A stretch of DNA of 64,000 bases from an uncultured Armatimonadetes bacterium (GTDB lineage: Bacteria > Armatimonadota > UBA5829 > DTJY01). The translations under genes were made by a program, and so were the position numbers. The DNA is taken from NCBI GenBank assembly GCA_963717145.1, contig OY970325.1, positions 736,001-800,000 of the forward strand, read 5' to 3'. Of this stretch, positions 20,074 through 29,718 are shown piece by piece (the first letter of the stretch is position 1; each line of letters begins with the position of its first letter). Under the pieces are notes generated by a model that saw nothing but the letters and a program-made list of their open reading frames with translations, was not told where the DNA came from and ran no database searches.

Positions 20074-20922
20074 GTGCCGAAAGAGACCGTCCATCGTCTC
20101 CTGGATCGAGCATCGCGGAGCCTCACGCAGTCGGGCATCGACACACCGCGCCTGAATGCGGAGGTTCTCCTGGCACACGCCACCGGGTCCTCGCGCGCCG
20201 CACTGATTGCTCACCCGGAATCGGTCCCCACTGAGGACCAGACCGCGCTATTCCGCCAATGGGTCGAGCTTCGAGCGAAGAGGATGCCGCTCGCATACAT
20301 CATCGGCAGTCGGGGGTTCTACGGTCTGGAGTTCGAAGTCACGCCGGCGGTCCTGATCCCGCGCCCGGAGACCGAGATCCTTGTGGAGACGACGATCCGG
20401 TTGCTGGGAGAAAAGCCATGTGTGATCGCGGACCTGGGAGTCGGCAGTGGGGCGATCGCGGTGGCGCTCGCAGTGTCGCTGCCGGAAGCGCATCTCTATT
20501 GCACCGACACGTCGCACGAGGCGCTGGACATCGCCCGCCGGAACGCCGACAAGCACGGGGTGGGGGAGCGAATCCATCTCCGGGAGGGCAATCTGCTCGA
20601 ACCCTTCGACGATCTCTCGTTCGATGCCATCGTCTCCAATCCGCCATACATCCGGTCCGATGAACTCGATCTCCTCCAGCCGGAGATTGCGCTCTACGAG
20701 CCACGCGCCGCGCTCGATGGCGGGCGGGATGGCTTCGACTTCTTCAGGAGGATTGTTCCCGAGTCGCCGGGATTCCTGAAGCTGGACGGGTTTCTGCTCG
20801 TCGAAGTCGGTATGAGGCAATCGGAGGAAGTCTGCGCCCTGTTCCGAAAGAACGGCTACCTTGATGTCCACACGGTAGACGACTACGCCGGCATCGAGCG
20901 AGTCATCGTCGGGCGAATCTGA
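20074..20922 (+). CDS. prmC: Release factor glutamine methyltransferase
   Basis: GTG after GAGGAG; PLAYIIG, VLIPRPETE, DLGVGSGAI, SNPPY. Confidence 0.95.
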   Translation: MPKETVHRLLDRASRSLTQSGIDTPRLNAEVLLAHATGSSRAALIAHPESVPTEDQTALFRQWVELRAKRMPLAYIIGSRGFYGLEFEVTPAVLIPRPETEILVETTIRLLGEKPCVIADLGVGSGAIAVALAVSLPEAHLYCTDTSHEALDIARRNADKHGVGERIHLREGNLLEPFDDLSFDAIVSNPPYIRSDELDLLQPEIALYEPRAALDGGRDGFDFFRRIVPESPGFLKLDGFLLVEVGMRQSEEVCALFRKNGYLDVHTVDDYAGIERVIVGRI

Positions 20923-20923
20923 C

Positions 20924-22645
20924 TCACCAGACGACCGAGGGCGCGGTCTTCGTGCGGGAGAGGTCGAACCGGCTCTGGTCACTCATGCTCTCGAGCGTCC
21001 TCCGGAAGATCGGGTAGATGCTCCCCGGCGGATCGATCGTCATGAGCGTCGGTCCGCGCCACGAGAGCCCGTAGTTCGTGTCGCGGACGTACTCCTCGTT
21101 GGAGTACTCGTGCACCGGGAAGCCGAGTTCGAGCACGCTGCCAGGCGACACATCGTCGAACCGCAGATACGCTCCGTCCGGCCGAGGCGGGGACGACTCG
21201 CCGCTGACGGATATGTCGAGGTCCGCTCCGTTCAGCCACCCCGGCATGCGGATCAGCACGTTCGATGCCTTGTGCACCGCCACGCTGAGCCGTCCCTCCC
21301 AGGGCTGATAGCTCATCACGTCCGCCCACTCCGACCGCCAACTCAACATGAGGTTCACCTTCACGTCGCTCCCGTCCGCCTCGATCGCATGACTCCACGC
21401 GAGGTAGAATCCCCGCACCGCCGACGCCGTGCAGCACCCCTCCAGCCCGAGTTCCGAGCATCCCGTCAGGTCGTTGGGCATCACCCACGAGTCATACGAG
21501 CCCACGGTCATCGCCTCCACCTGGGGCGACGCGAACTCGAGGCGCGACACGTCCCTGATCTGGTTCTCCAGCATCTGGTTGCGCACCATCAGCTCCACGA
21601 AGTCGAGGCACTCCTCCGCCCCGCACTCCGCGAGCTTGATCCCGAGGTGGATGAGGTCGGTGCAGCAGCACGTCTCGCCGGTCACGATGCCGTCATCGTA
21701 GTCGATGCCGTCTGGGACCCATCCGAAGCTGCTCGAATTGGCGACGATGAAGTTCCCGACCTTCGAGCACCAGGCCATCAGCCCGTCGTCTTCCGTCGCC
21801 ATCGCGTATCGGAGGACGCCGACCGTGCTCGGGAGGATGCCCCAACTGTGGAGGTGTCCCCGGAAGCGCCCGTCCATGTGAACGACGCCGCTCTCGTAAA
21901 CGAAGAAGTTGACCAGCGCGCGAATCAGCCTCATCGCGCCTTTGCTCTCGGTCGATTCCCAATACCTCATGAGCGGGAGGATCTGGAGGACGCCGTATGC
22001 GGGAAGCGCCCCCGGCCCCAGGTCCTTCGATTCGTATGCCGACACGCCGGTCCAGCCGCTCGGGGCGTATCGGTGGCCGGGGTAGTAGCAGAAGTCGTCC
22101 TTCTTCACCGCGACGTTCCACAGCCCCTCGATCAGGCGCTCGATCCGCTCCTCGATCTCGACGCTCCCCGACTCCAGGTACATGCTCGTGAGGGCCATGA
22201 TCGCCCGGCTCTGGCAGAACATATCCGCGTTCTCCGGCACACCGAGCCTATCGTCCCCCCGCTGTAGGGGCGTGCCTTGTGCCGCCTGCAACGCCTCACC
22301 GGGCGGCACAAGGCACGCCCCTACAGGGTGGGTGGCATCGGGAAGGCTGAAATCATAGAACAGACCGTCGTCCGGGCTCTGGGTGGCGAGGAGGTATCGC
22401 CTCACAGCCTCCTCCTCCTCGGTCACCGGCCAGTCGAACATCTGCCGTGCGAGGATCCAGGCGTCGGTGAACCGCGACGACATGTCCACGCAGTCCCATG
22501 AGGCGTGGTTGGCCATCATCACCCCGTCCTTGACCGAAAGGTCGAAGAATGGGCGGAAGTTTGCTTGCGGGTCGAGGCGGTGCCGCAGGCTCTTCACCGC
22601 CATCTCAGCGGCCTGGTAGAATGTGGTGTCGCAGGTTTCAGTCAT
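20924..22645 (-). CDS. GH127/GH146-like (DUF1680) glycosidase homologue with an in-frame palindrome insertion
   Basis: GETCCCTD and EGCCTAS Cys motifs; C-terminal LIRMPGWL and RGP sandwich segments. Confidence 0.7.
   Translation of the reverse strand: MTETCDTTFYQAAEMAVKSLRHRLDPQANFRPFFDLSVKDGVMMANHASWDCVDMSSRFTDAWILARQMFDWPVTEEEEAVRRYLLATQSPDDGLFYDFSLPDATHPVGACLVPPGEALQAAQGTPLQRGDDRLGVPENADMFCQSRAIMALTSMYLESGSVEIEERIERLIEGLWNVAVKKDDFCYYPGHRYAPSGWTGVSAYESKDLGPGALPAYGVLQILPLMRYWESTESKGAMRLIRALVNFFVYESGVVHMDGRFRGHLHSWGILPSTVGVLRYAMATEDDGLMAWCSKVGNFIVANSSSFGWVPDGIDYDDGIVTGETCCCTDLIHLGIKLAECGAEECLDFVELMVRNQMLENQIRDVSRLEFASPQVEAMTVGSYDSWVMPNDLTGCSELGLEGCCTASAVRGFYLAWSHAIEADGSDVKVNLMLSWRSEWADVMSYQPWEGRLSVAVHKASNVLIRMPGWLNGADLDISVSGESSPPRPDGAYLRFDDVSPGSVLELGFPVHEYSNEEYVRDTNYGLSWRGPTLMTIDPPGSIYPIFRRTLESMSDQSRFDLSRTKTAPSVVW
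22262..22326. repeat. GTAGGGG-headed perfect 25-bp inverted repeat inside a CDS
   Basis: ctgtaggggcgtgccttgtgccgcc-N15-ggcggcacaaggcacgcccctacag. Confidence 0.92.
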
Positions 22646-22672
22646 ACATGAGGTTTTCGACCGTGGGAGGCG

Positions 22673-23014
22673 CTAATCCTCTTCCGCCGGGAGTAGCGGC
22701 TCGACGACGGCGATCAGCGCGGGGATACTTGCGTGGATCGCCTCCCAGACGACCTCCAAGTCTATGTCGTCGTAGCCATGAATGACTCTGTTGCGCATGC
22801 CAACCATCTTCCTCCATGGCAATTCAGGATGATCGACTACAAATGGGGTTGAGACACGACCTGCTGCCTCGCCTACTATTGCGAATTGGTGAAGGACTGC
22901 GGACTGCGTCAGTTTGTTCAGAGAGAACTCCTCGAAGGTCATCCTCCCGACGAAGTCTCCGATCTGGTGCGCCGCTTTGAGGACGTCCGCAAGGTAGCCG
23001 AGGTCACGGTCCAT
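22673..23014 (-). CDS. HepT-like (DUF86) HEPN RNase toxin
   Basis: IVGEAA, PWRKMVGMRNRVIHGY (RX4HXY). Confidence 0.92.
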   Translation of the reverse strand: MDRDLGYLADVLKAAHQIGDFVGRMTFEEFSLNKLTQSAVLHQFAIVGEAAGRVSTPFVVDHPELPWRKMVGMRNRVIHGYDDIDLEVVWEAIHASIPALIAVVEPLLPAEED

Positions 23015-23315
23015 AGATGACCTCCGCGGAGGAGAGGATCGCCTTTCGGCGTATCCAGTTCGAACTGCGTTCGATCCCGCGCCTCATGGTGAGATCGGCT
23101 TTCCGCCCGAGGATGTCCGTGAGTTCATCCTCAATGTCGGTGAGGTCGAAGAGGCTGATCCTGGAGTCGGGGGCGAAGGTGACGAGCACATCCACGTCGC
23201 TGTCGGGGCGGAAGTCGTCGCGCAGGACCGAGCCGAAGAGTGCGAGTTCCGTGATCCCCCAGCGGCGGCAGAACTCCTTGATGCGGTCCATGTCCAGGTT
23301 GATATGCGGGCTCAT
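23004..23315 (-). CDS. MntA-like minimal nucleotidyltransferase antitoxin
   Basis: LFGSVLRDDFRPDSDVDVLV; overlaps the toxin start. Confidence 0.92.
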   Translation of the reverse strand: MSPHINLDMDRIKEFCRRWGITELALFGSVLRDDFRPDSDVDVLVTFAPDSRISLFDLTDIEDELTDILGRKADLTMRRGIERSSNWIRRKAILSSAEVIYGP

Positions 23316-23360
23316 CGTCTCGTTCTCCGAGGCCATTATACCATATACCAACTGCGACGG

Positions 23361-23434
23361 CTGTCATTCTGAACGCAGTGAAGAATCTGGCTGCTGCAGA
23401 TGGGCCAGATTCTTCACTATGTTCAGAGTGACAG
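23361..23434. repeat. Palindromic element family C copy 2
   Basis: ctgtcattctgaac..gtgaagaatctgg...ccagattcttcac..gttcagagtgacag. Confidence 0.85.
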
Positions 23435-23453
23435 TCGTCGAGTCAGAAGCAAG

Positions 23454-24320
23454 CTAATACTCCGGCGGGAGGTCCTTGAGCTGGGCGTTGGAGAAGACCG
23501 GGCCGTCGGTGCAGACGTAGTACTGGCCGATGTTGCACCGGCCGCACTTGCCGATGCCGCACTTCATCTTCATTTCGAGCGTCGTGTAGATCTGCTCGTC
23601 GGCGAACCCGAGTTCCTTGAGGCCGGGGAGCGTGAACTTGATCATGATCGGCGGTCCACAAACGATGGCGACCGCGTTCTCGGGCGACGGCTTCAGGTCG
23701 GTCACATACGCCGGCACGAATCCGACGTTCTTGTCCCAGCCCTCCTCGGCCTTGTCGATCGTGAGGAACAGCTCCGTGTTCGGCGAATTCGCCCACTCGT
23801 CGAACTCATACTTGAACGACAGATCGCCGGTCGAGCGCGCACCGTAGACGATGTTCACCTTGCCGTAATCCTGGCGGTTGTCGAGGCAGAAGTTGAGCAG
23901 CGACCGCAGCGGGGCCATCCCGATTCCACCGCCGACGAACCAGAGGTCCTTGCCCTTGAACTTCTCGTAGGGGAACCAGTTCCCAAGCGGTGCGCGGATT
24001 CCGACCGTCGTGCCCTCGCTCATCTCATGGAGGGCGCTGGTGACGGCGCCGACTTTCTTCACGGAGAACTCGACGTATCCCTTGCGGGTCGAACTCGAGG
24101 TCAGGCAGAACGTCGCCTCGCCGACGCCGAACGCGGACACGATCTGGAACTGACCGGGCTCGTAGGTGAACGCCTCCCGGTATTCCTCGTCGTCGAACAC
24201 GGCGCGGAACGTCTTCGTGTCCCAGGTCTCCTCGATCACCTTCTCGATGGTCGCCAGCTTCGGCACATATGGATTATCGCACATACACCTGCTCGCATTC
24301 TCTGTCAAACTCACGCTCAT
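23454..24320 (-). CDS. FlxA-like (AsrB/hydrogenase-gamma family) FAD/NAD-binding [2Fe-2S] subunit
   Basis: PGQF, GGGIGMAPLR, CGPPIM, MKCGIGKCGRC. Confidence 0.9.
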   Translation of the reverse strand: MSVSLTENASRCMCDNPYVPKLATIEKVIEETWDTKTFRAVFDDEEYREAFTYEPGQFQIVSAFGVGEATFCLTSSSTRKGYVEFSVKKVGAVTSALHEMSEGTTVGIRAPLGNWFPYEKFKGKDLWFVGGGIGMAPLRSLLNFCLDNRQDYGKVNIVYGARSTGDLSFKYEFDEWANSPNTELFLTIDKAEEGWDKNVGFVPAYVTDLKPSPENAVAIVCGPPIMIKFTLPGLKELGFADEQIYTTLEMKMKCGIGKCGRCNIGQYYVCTDGPVFSNAQLKDLPPEY

Positions 24321-25345
24321 GCCGACACCTTGCTCTCAGATTCGATCGTCTCGATCACCTTGCGAATGTCAATGTTTACGGGGCAAACTGCGACACACCT
24401 GCCACAACCGACGCAGCCGAGGATCTCGTAGCGCTCGGGCGAATACTTGAACTTGTGGAAGACGCGCTGCCTCGTCCGCTCGACCCTCGACGGCCGCGGA
24501 TTGTGTCCATGGCCCATGTGGGTGAACTTGTCGAACTGGCAGGTGTCCCAGCAGCGGAATCGGCTACCCTTCTTGCCCTGCGCGTACTCCATGATGTCGA
24601 AGCAGTGACACGTCGGGCAGAGGAACGAGCATGCCCCGCACCCGAGGCAAACCTCCGCGAGCTTCTTCCAGATCGGATCGTCCCAGTCGTATGACTCCGA
24701 GGCCTTCGCGTGATCGACCGGTTTGGGGAGCTTCTCAAGCACGGATTGCCGAAGCGCCTCGACCGCCTGCTTGTCGGCGTCGGTCGCCGCTGAGAACTGT
24801 GAAGCGGCGAGCAGTTCCTCGCCCTTCGCTGTCAGCGCTTCGGCATAGTACTTCTCCCCGAGATCGGTCAGGTAGACATCCATGTTGATCGGATTCGACA
24901 GGAAGTCGCCTACTTCGGTGCAGAAGCAGGTCCACGAGGGCTTGTTGCAGAACAGCCCGACGATCGCGGTGTGCTCGCGCCGATCGAAGTACGGGGTGTC
25001 TACCGGCTCGACGTTCGAGTAGACGGCATCGACGTACTTCAGGGCGGCGGCATCACATGCCCGCGCGCCGAAAAGCAGCCTGTCCTTCTTGACTCCCTGG
25101 GGCGGGGTGACCTCTGCGGACAGCCCCTCGAGCTTGTACTCAAAGAGCGTCTCGGTCTCGGGCGAGAAGTGCTCCCGGATCCCGCTCTTGGCGGGCGTCG
25201 GCCCGAGATCGATCAACGATGGATCATCGACAGGCTTGAATCGCGTGACCCCATCGTCCGTCACCGGCGCGATGACCTCGAGCTTCTCCGCCAGGCTCTT
25301 CAGCCACGATGCAATATCTTGTTTGGAGATAACCTTGCTTTCCAC
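24317..25345 (-). CDS. FlxB-like (AsrA family) 4Fe-4S subunit
   Basis: FGARACD, CLGCGACSFLCPTCHCF, CVGCGRCVAVCP. Confidence 0.9.
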   Translation of the reverse strand: MESKVISKQDIASWLKSLAEKLEVIAPVTDDGVTRFKPVDDPSLIDLGPTPAKSGIREHFSPETETLFEYKLEGLSAEVTPPQGVKKDRLLFGARACDAAALKYVDAVYSNVEPVDTPYFDRREHTAIVGLFCNKPSWTCFCTEVGDFLSNPINMDVYLTDLGEKYYAEALTAKGEELLAASQFSAATDADKQAVEALRQSVLEKLPKPVDHAKASESYDWDDPIWKKLAEVCLGCGACSFLCPTCHCFDIMEYAQGKKGSRFRCWDTCQFDKFTHMGHGHNPRPSRVERTRQRVFHKFKYSPERYEILGCVGCGRCVAVCPVNIDIRKVIETIESESKVSA

Positions 25346-25375
25346 GTCAGCTCCTAATCGTAATCGTACTCAGTT

Positions 25376-26323
25376 CTACTCTTCCGGACACGGGTCCGGG
25401 TCTTCGGCCTTCCAACTCCCCAGGATAGGGAGCGCCTCGGGGTCTTCTCCGGGCCTCGCCTCGAACATATCCGCGACTTCCATATCGAGCTTCTGCCCGA
25501 GCAGCGAGAGCGGGATGCCCATCGGGCACGCGCGCTCGCACTCCTGGCATCCGATGCATCGGCCCGCGAGGTGCATCGCACGTGTCATGTGGAAGAACCA
25601 GTTCGTGTTCGGATCGGTCGAGCGGGTCACCCACATCTGGCCCACCTTGTCGGCGAAACACTCCTTGCAGTAACATCCCGGGCAGGCCTGACGGCATGCA
25701 TAGCACCGGATGCAGTTGGCGAAGTGCTTCGCCCAGAACTCGCGTCTCTCGATCGGCGACAGCTTTTCGTACTCCTCGACCGCAGCCTTCGAATCGACGA
25801 CCGGCGAACGCGCCGGCTGCTCGCCGAGCTTGGCGTCCGCGACCTCGGGATCGCCGAGTGCGCAGGAGAGGCACTTCGCGAGGAACGCCTTCTCCCTGGG
25901 GATGCTCACTTCACCTGAGCCGGTGGTCACTTTGATGCCGCCGTTCGCCCACTCGATCGACTTCACATCGCCGAGATCGACATCCGCCAGGCCATCGAGA
26001 TCGAGCACGCCGGGGCAGGGGACGGCGATCACCGTCACCTCGTCACGCTTGATCTGGTGCTCCTTGAGCAGTTCTACGACCGACTTCCCGTCGCACGGCT
26101 TGATGACGACCGCGACCTTGCCCTTCTTCACAGCCTGGGGAAGGTAGACGGCGAGGTTGTTCACGCACGTCGGATTCCAGACGAGGCGCTCGGCGTCCTC
26201 AGGAGTCCTGGCATAGAGGGGCGCGCATTTGAACGGCACGCTCCCCGCCTCGTACCCGATGACAGTCCCGACCTGTCCGCTCTCCAGAAGCTCTTTCGCT
26301 TTGTCTCGAAGCTCGTTTTCCAT
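25376..26323 (-). CDS. FlxC-like (FrhB/FdhB family) 4Fe-4S subunit
   Basis: KPCD, CIRCYACRQACPGCYC, CIGCQECERACP. Confidence 0.88.
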   Translation of the reverse strand: MENELRDKAKELLESGQVGTVIGYEAGSVPFKCAPLYARTPEDAERLVWNPTCVNNLAVYLPQAVKKGKVAVVIKPCDGKSVVELLKEHQIKRDEVTVIAVPCPGVLDLDGLADVDLGDVKSIEWANGGIKVTTGSGEVSIPREKAFLAKCLSCALGDPEVADAKLGEQPARSPVVDSKAAVEEYEKLSPIERREFWAKHFANCIRCYACRQACPGCYCKECFADKVGQMWVTRSTDPNTNWFFHMTRAMHLAGRCIGCQECERACPMGIPLSLLGQKLDMEVADMFEARPGEDPEALPILGSWKAEDPDPCPEE

Positions 26324-26337
26324 ATGATATCTCGTTA

Positions 26338-26435
26338 GAACACAGATGGCACGGATTGCGGAGGATGACACAGATAGTGCTTTTGATTTGGGCTCTATCT
26401 GTGCAATCTGTGTTTCATCTGTGTGATCTGTGTTC
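26338..26435. repeat. Inverted array of degenerate 9-mers (CACAGAT/ATCTGTG)
   Basis: gaacacagat..gcacggat..acacagat...atctgtgcaatctgtgtttcatctgtgtgatctgtgttc. Confidence 0.75.
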
Positions 26436-26437
26436 CT

Positions 26438-26899
26438 TTACTCTCCTGCGACTCCCTTGAACGGGCCGAGTTTCCTGACCTGCTCGGTGAACTGCTCAAC
26501 GACTTCGGCGTACTTCTGGCCTTCCGCCGCCGAGATCCAGTCGAAGTGGAACCGCTCCGGCTCGATGCCCATGAACTCGAGCATCCGCTCGAAGAGCATG
26601 ATCCGCCGGCGTGCGTAGTAGTTGCCCTTCGCGTAGTGGCAGTCGCCGGGATGGCATCCCGAGACGAGCACGCCGTCGAATCCCCGCTCGAACGCCTTCA
26701 TCACGAACTGCGGATCGACTCGACCCGAGCACGGCACTCGCACGACCCGCATGTTGGCGGGGTATTTCAGCCTGCTCGACCCCGCGAGGTCCGCGCCGGC
26801 ATAGGTGCACCAGTTGCACAGGAACCCGATGATCCTCGGCTCCCACACCTTCGGTGCGTCTTCTGTCTCAACCTGTTCGGTGATCACTTCTTGTGACAT
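26438..26899 (-). CDS. mvhD: MvhD/FlpD (FlxD-like) [2Fe-2S] subunit
   Basis: FLCNWCTYAGAD, RVPCSGR, GCHPGDCHY, WISAAEG. Confidence 0.92.
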   Translation of the reverse strand: MSQEVITEQVETEDAPKVWEPRIIGFLCNWCTYAGADLAGSSRLKYPANMRVVRVPCSGRVDPQFVMKAFERGFDGVLVSGCHPGDCHYAKGNYYARRRIMLFERMLEFMGIEPERFHFDWISAAEGQKYAEVVEQFTEQVRKLGPFKGVAGE

Positions 26900-26909
26900 A
26901 CGCTATCTC

Positions 26910-27308
26910 TCAAGGTCTCATTTCTTCCGGCAGCCGTTGGTGGATGAACTCCCGTATCGTTTCGGCGGCCTCCAATGCTTCCTGTACTGTCGGCTCCTCG
27001 GGCCAGAAATCCGGGTCGTATCTCAGTGATACGGCATAGGGAGTCAGCGTTTCTGCGAGTCCCAGCAGATCTGCAAAGGCCTGATCACGCCCTATGCAGA
27101 GCTCTATCAGCTTCTCGAGATTGTGGACGAAAGGGAACTCGATCTGCTGCGCAACCAGATAACCCTTTATGTACTTCTCAGCAGACTGTTGAGCGTGAAA
27201 GCAAGCGGTGTCGAGGCAGCCTTCAGCTCTCAGGCAGACCTTGACAGTCGCCAAATCGCTGTCACCCTTGCGGAACCACCCCTTCACTGCATCAGCCTGG
27301 CTCTTCAT
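26910..27308 (-). CDS. HEPN domain protein (MNT partner)
   Basis: ACFHAQQSAEKYIKG, HNLEKL, LTPYAVSLRY. Confidence 0.9.
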   Translation of the reverse strand: MKSQADAVKGWFRKGDSDLATVKVCLRAEGCLDTACFHAQQSAEKYIKGYLVAQQIEFPFVHNLEKLIELCIGRDQAFADLLGLAETLTPYAVSLRYDPDFWPEEPTVQEALEAAETIREFIHQRLPEEMRP

Positions 27309-27633
27309 ACAGTGCCTTACCCTCCCGGACGGCGGTCGTTATGAACGCCTGCCTGACCTCACTCCACTCCTCCACTTCATCCGGAGTGTAGACCAGTATA
27401 TCCATGGGGAGCATGATATCCCGTAGAGCGCCGTACAACGCCCGAGACCTGCGATATCGAGGTTCATCGGAATCTGCGATCACAAGCAGGTCGATGTCGC
27501 TACTGGGCCTTGCCTCTCCTCGCGCACGGCTCCCGAAAAGCACAATCTTGCGCGGATGCATAGTCGCGACTATTCGCCGCACGATTTCATCCATCAAGGT
27601 CTTCTCCGTGTACTCTGTGCCTCTGTGATTCAT
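27292..27633 (-). CDS. Minimal nucleotidyltransferase antitoxin
   Basis: LFGSRARGEARPSSDIDLLVI; first ~10 codons derive from a 9-mer repeat. Confidence 0.9.
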   Translation of the reverse strand: MNHRGTEYTEKTLMDEIVRRIVATMHPRKIVLFGSRARGEARPSSDIDLLVIADSDEPRYRRSRALYGALRDIMLPMDILVYTPDEVEEWSEVRQAFITTAVREGKALYEEPG

Positions 27634-27636
27634 CCC

Positions 27637-29620
27637 TCACTCCGCAAATGCGAGCGCGTCGATCTCCGAGAGAATCTGGTCGTCCTTGAAGCCTCTCAAC
27701 TGAATGGAGGCCGACCGGCATGCCGCCACGCACGTCCCGCACCCGTGGCAGAGGCCCTCGTTGACCGAGGACACCGTCATGATCGGGTTGCCCGCGCGGT
27801 CGTAGATCGTCTTCTCCTCGATCGCCGTGAACGGGCAGACCTCCTTGCAGAGCAGGCAGCCCGCGCAGGTGGTCTCGTTCATCTCGGCGACCATCGGCTC
27901 CGACTCGAGGTTCGACTTGGCGAACAGGCCCATAACCTTCGATGCCGCGCGCGGACGCCTGCGCGACCGAGTCCGGGATGTCCTTCGGATACTGGCACGC
28001 ACCCGCCAGATAGATGCCGGCGGTCAGCACCTCGACCGGCTTGAGCTTCGGGTGCGCCTCACTGAACCAGTTGTACTGGTCGGTCGAGATCCCGAGCTTG
28101 CGCGCCAGGTCCTTCGCGTCCGGCTGGGCTCCATCGCCGGTCGCGAGGACCACCATGTCCGCCTCGATCTCGACCGGCTTCCCGGCAGCGTGTCGACGCC
28201 CCTGACGATCAGCTTGTCGCCGTGTTGGAAGATCCTCGAGACGCGCCCGCGGATGTAGATCGCGCCGTACTTCTCGATCGCGCGTCGGACGAACTCCTCG
28301 TAGCCCTTGCCGTTCGCGCGGATGTCCATGTAGAACACGTAGGTCTGCGCGTCGTGGAGCTTCTCCTTGAGCAGGAGCGCGTGCTTGGCGTTGTACATGC
28401 AGCAGACCTTCGAGCAGTAGGCATAGCCGTGCTCGTCGTCCCTCGAACCGATGCAGGAGATGAACACGACGTTCTTCGGCCGGCTTGCGGTCGGACGGGC
28501 GCACGATCTTGCCGTCGGTCGGGCCGGAGGCGTTCATCAGCCGCTCGAACTGCAGACCGGTGATGACGTCCGGGATACTTGCCGTAGCCGAAGTTGCCGC
28601 ATCGGGGTCGGATCCCAGGTCTGGAAGCCGGTCGCCACCACGATCGCGCCGAACTTCTCGGTGATCATCTCGTCTTCCTGCTCGTAGTCCATGGCGTCGG
28701 CCGGGCAGAGCTTCTGGCAGACGCCGCACTTGCCGTCCGTGAACATGCGGCAGTTCTCGCGGTCGATGACCGGCACGTTCGGGACCGCCTGCGGGAACGG
28801 GACGTAGATCGCGCGCCGCTGGCCGAGCCCGCGTCGAACTCGCGACGGGAGCTTGACCGGGCACTTCTCGTAGCAGACGCCGCAGCCGGTGCACTTCTCC
28901 ATGTCCACGCTGCGCGCCCGCTTGCGGATCTTGACCTCGAAGTTGCCGACGAAGCCGGAGACCTTCTCGACCTCGGAGTAGGTCAAGATCTCGATGTTCG
29001 GATGGCTGCGCAGTCGACCATCTTCGGCGTGAGGATGCACGCCGCGCAGTCGAGGGTGGGGAAGGTCTTGTCGTACTGGGCCATGCGCCCGCCGATGGAC
29101 GGCGTCCGCTCGACGAGCATGACCTGGTATCCGGCGTCGGCGATATCGAGCGCCGCCTGGATGCCCGCGACTCCGCCGCCGATCACCAGCGCCCTCTTGG
29201 TGAGCGGGATCTCCTGGCGGAAGAGCGGCTCGTTCTTGGTCGACCTTCGCGACCGCCATCGCGGTGAGGTCGATCGCCTTCTCGGTGGCGTCGTCCTTGT
29301 CCTCGTGGACCCAGGAGCAGTGCTCGCGGATGTTGGCCATCTCGACCATATACGGGTTCAGGCCCGCCTCGCCGATGCAGCGCTGGAAGGTGGGCTCGTG
29401 CAGCCGCGGGGAGCACGACGCGACCACGACGCGGTCGAGCTTGTGCTCCTTGATCGCCTCGCTTGACCATGTTCTGCCCCGGCTCGGAGCACATATACTT
29501 GTAGTCGGTGGCGTAGACGACCCCCGGCATCTTCGCGGCGGCCTCCGCGACCTTCTCGACGTCCACCGTCTTCGCGATATTCGATCCGCACCAGCAGACA
29601 AAAACTCCGACTCTTGCCAT
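27637..29620 (-). CDS. hdrA: Heterodisulfide reductase subunit A; many indels (sequencing errors or pseudogene)
   Basis: Fragments in several frames: [86 protein letters not shown]. Confidence 0.9.
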
Positions 29621-29636
29621 TCTAGTACCTTTCGGA

Positions 29637-29712
29637 ATGGTTGATGGTCTATGGTTAATGGTTAATGGGAAACCAGTCCCGCATCAGCCATTGACCATAA
29701 ACCATCAACCAT
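29637..29712. repeat. Inverted array of ATGGTTR-type heptamers
   Basis: atggttg atggtct atggtta atggtta atgg...ccattga ccataaa ccatcaa ccat. Confidence 0.8.
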
Positions 29713-29718
29713 GCACTT

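Noticed and set aside
16800..20922. thyX inside the rpmE-prfA-prmC operon as a novelty
   Set aside because: To my knowledge this arrangement occurs in other anaerobic bacteria; ordinary housekeeping context
26438..29620. Selenocysteine recoding in HdrA or MvhD
   Set aside because: The usual Sec positions are Cys codons (DCAAC, CNWC, GCHPGDCHY); the breaks are frameshifts rather than in-frame TGA
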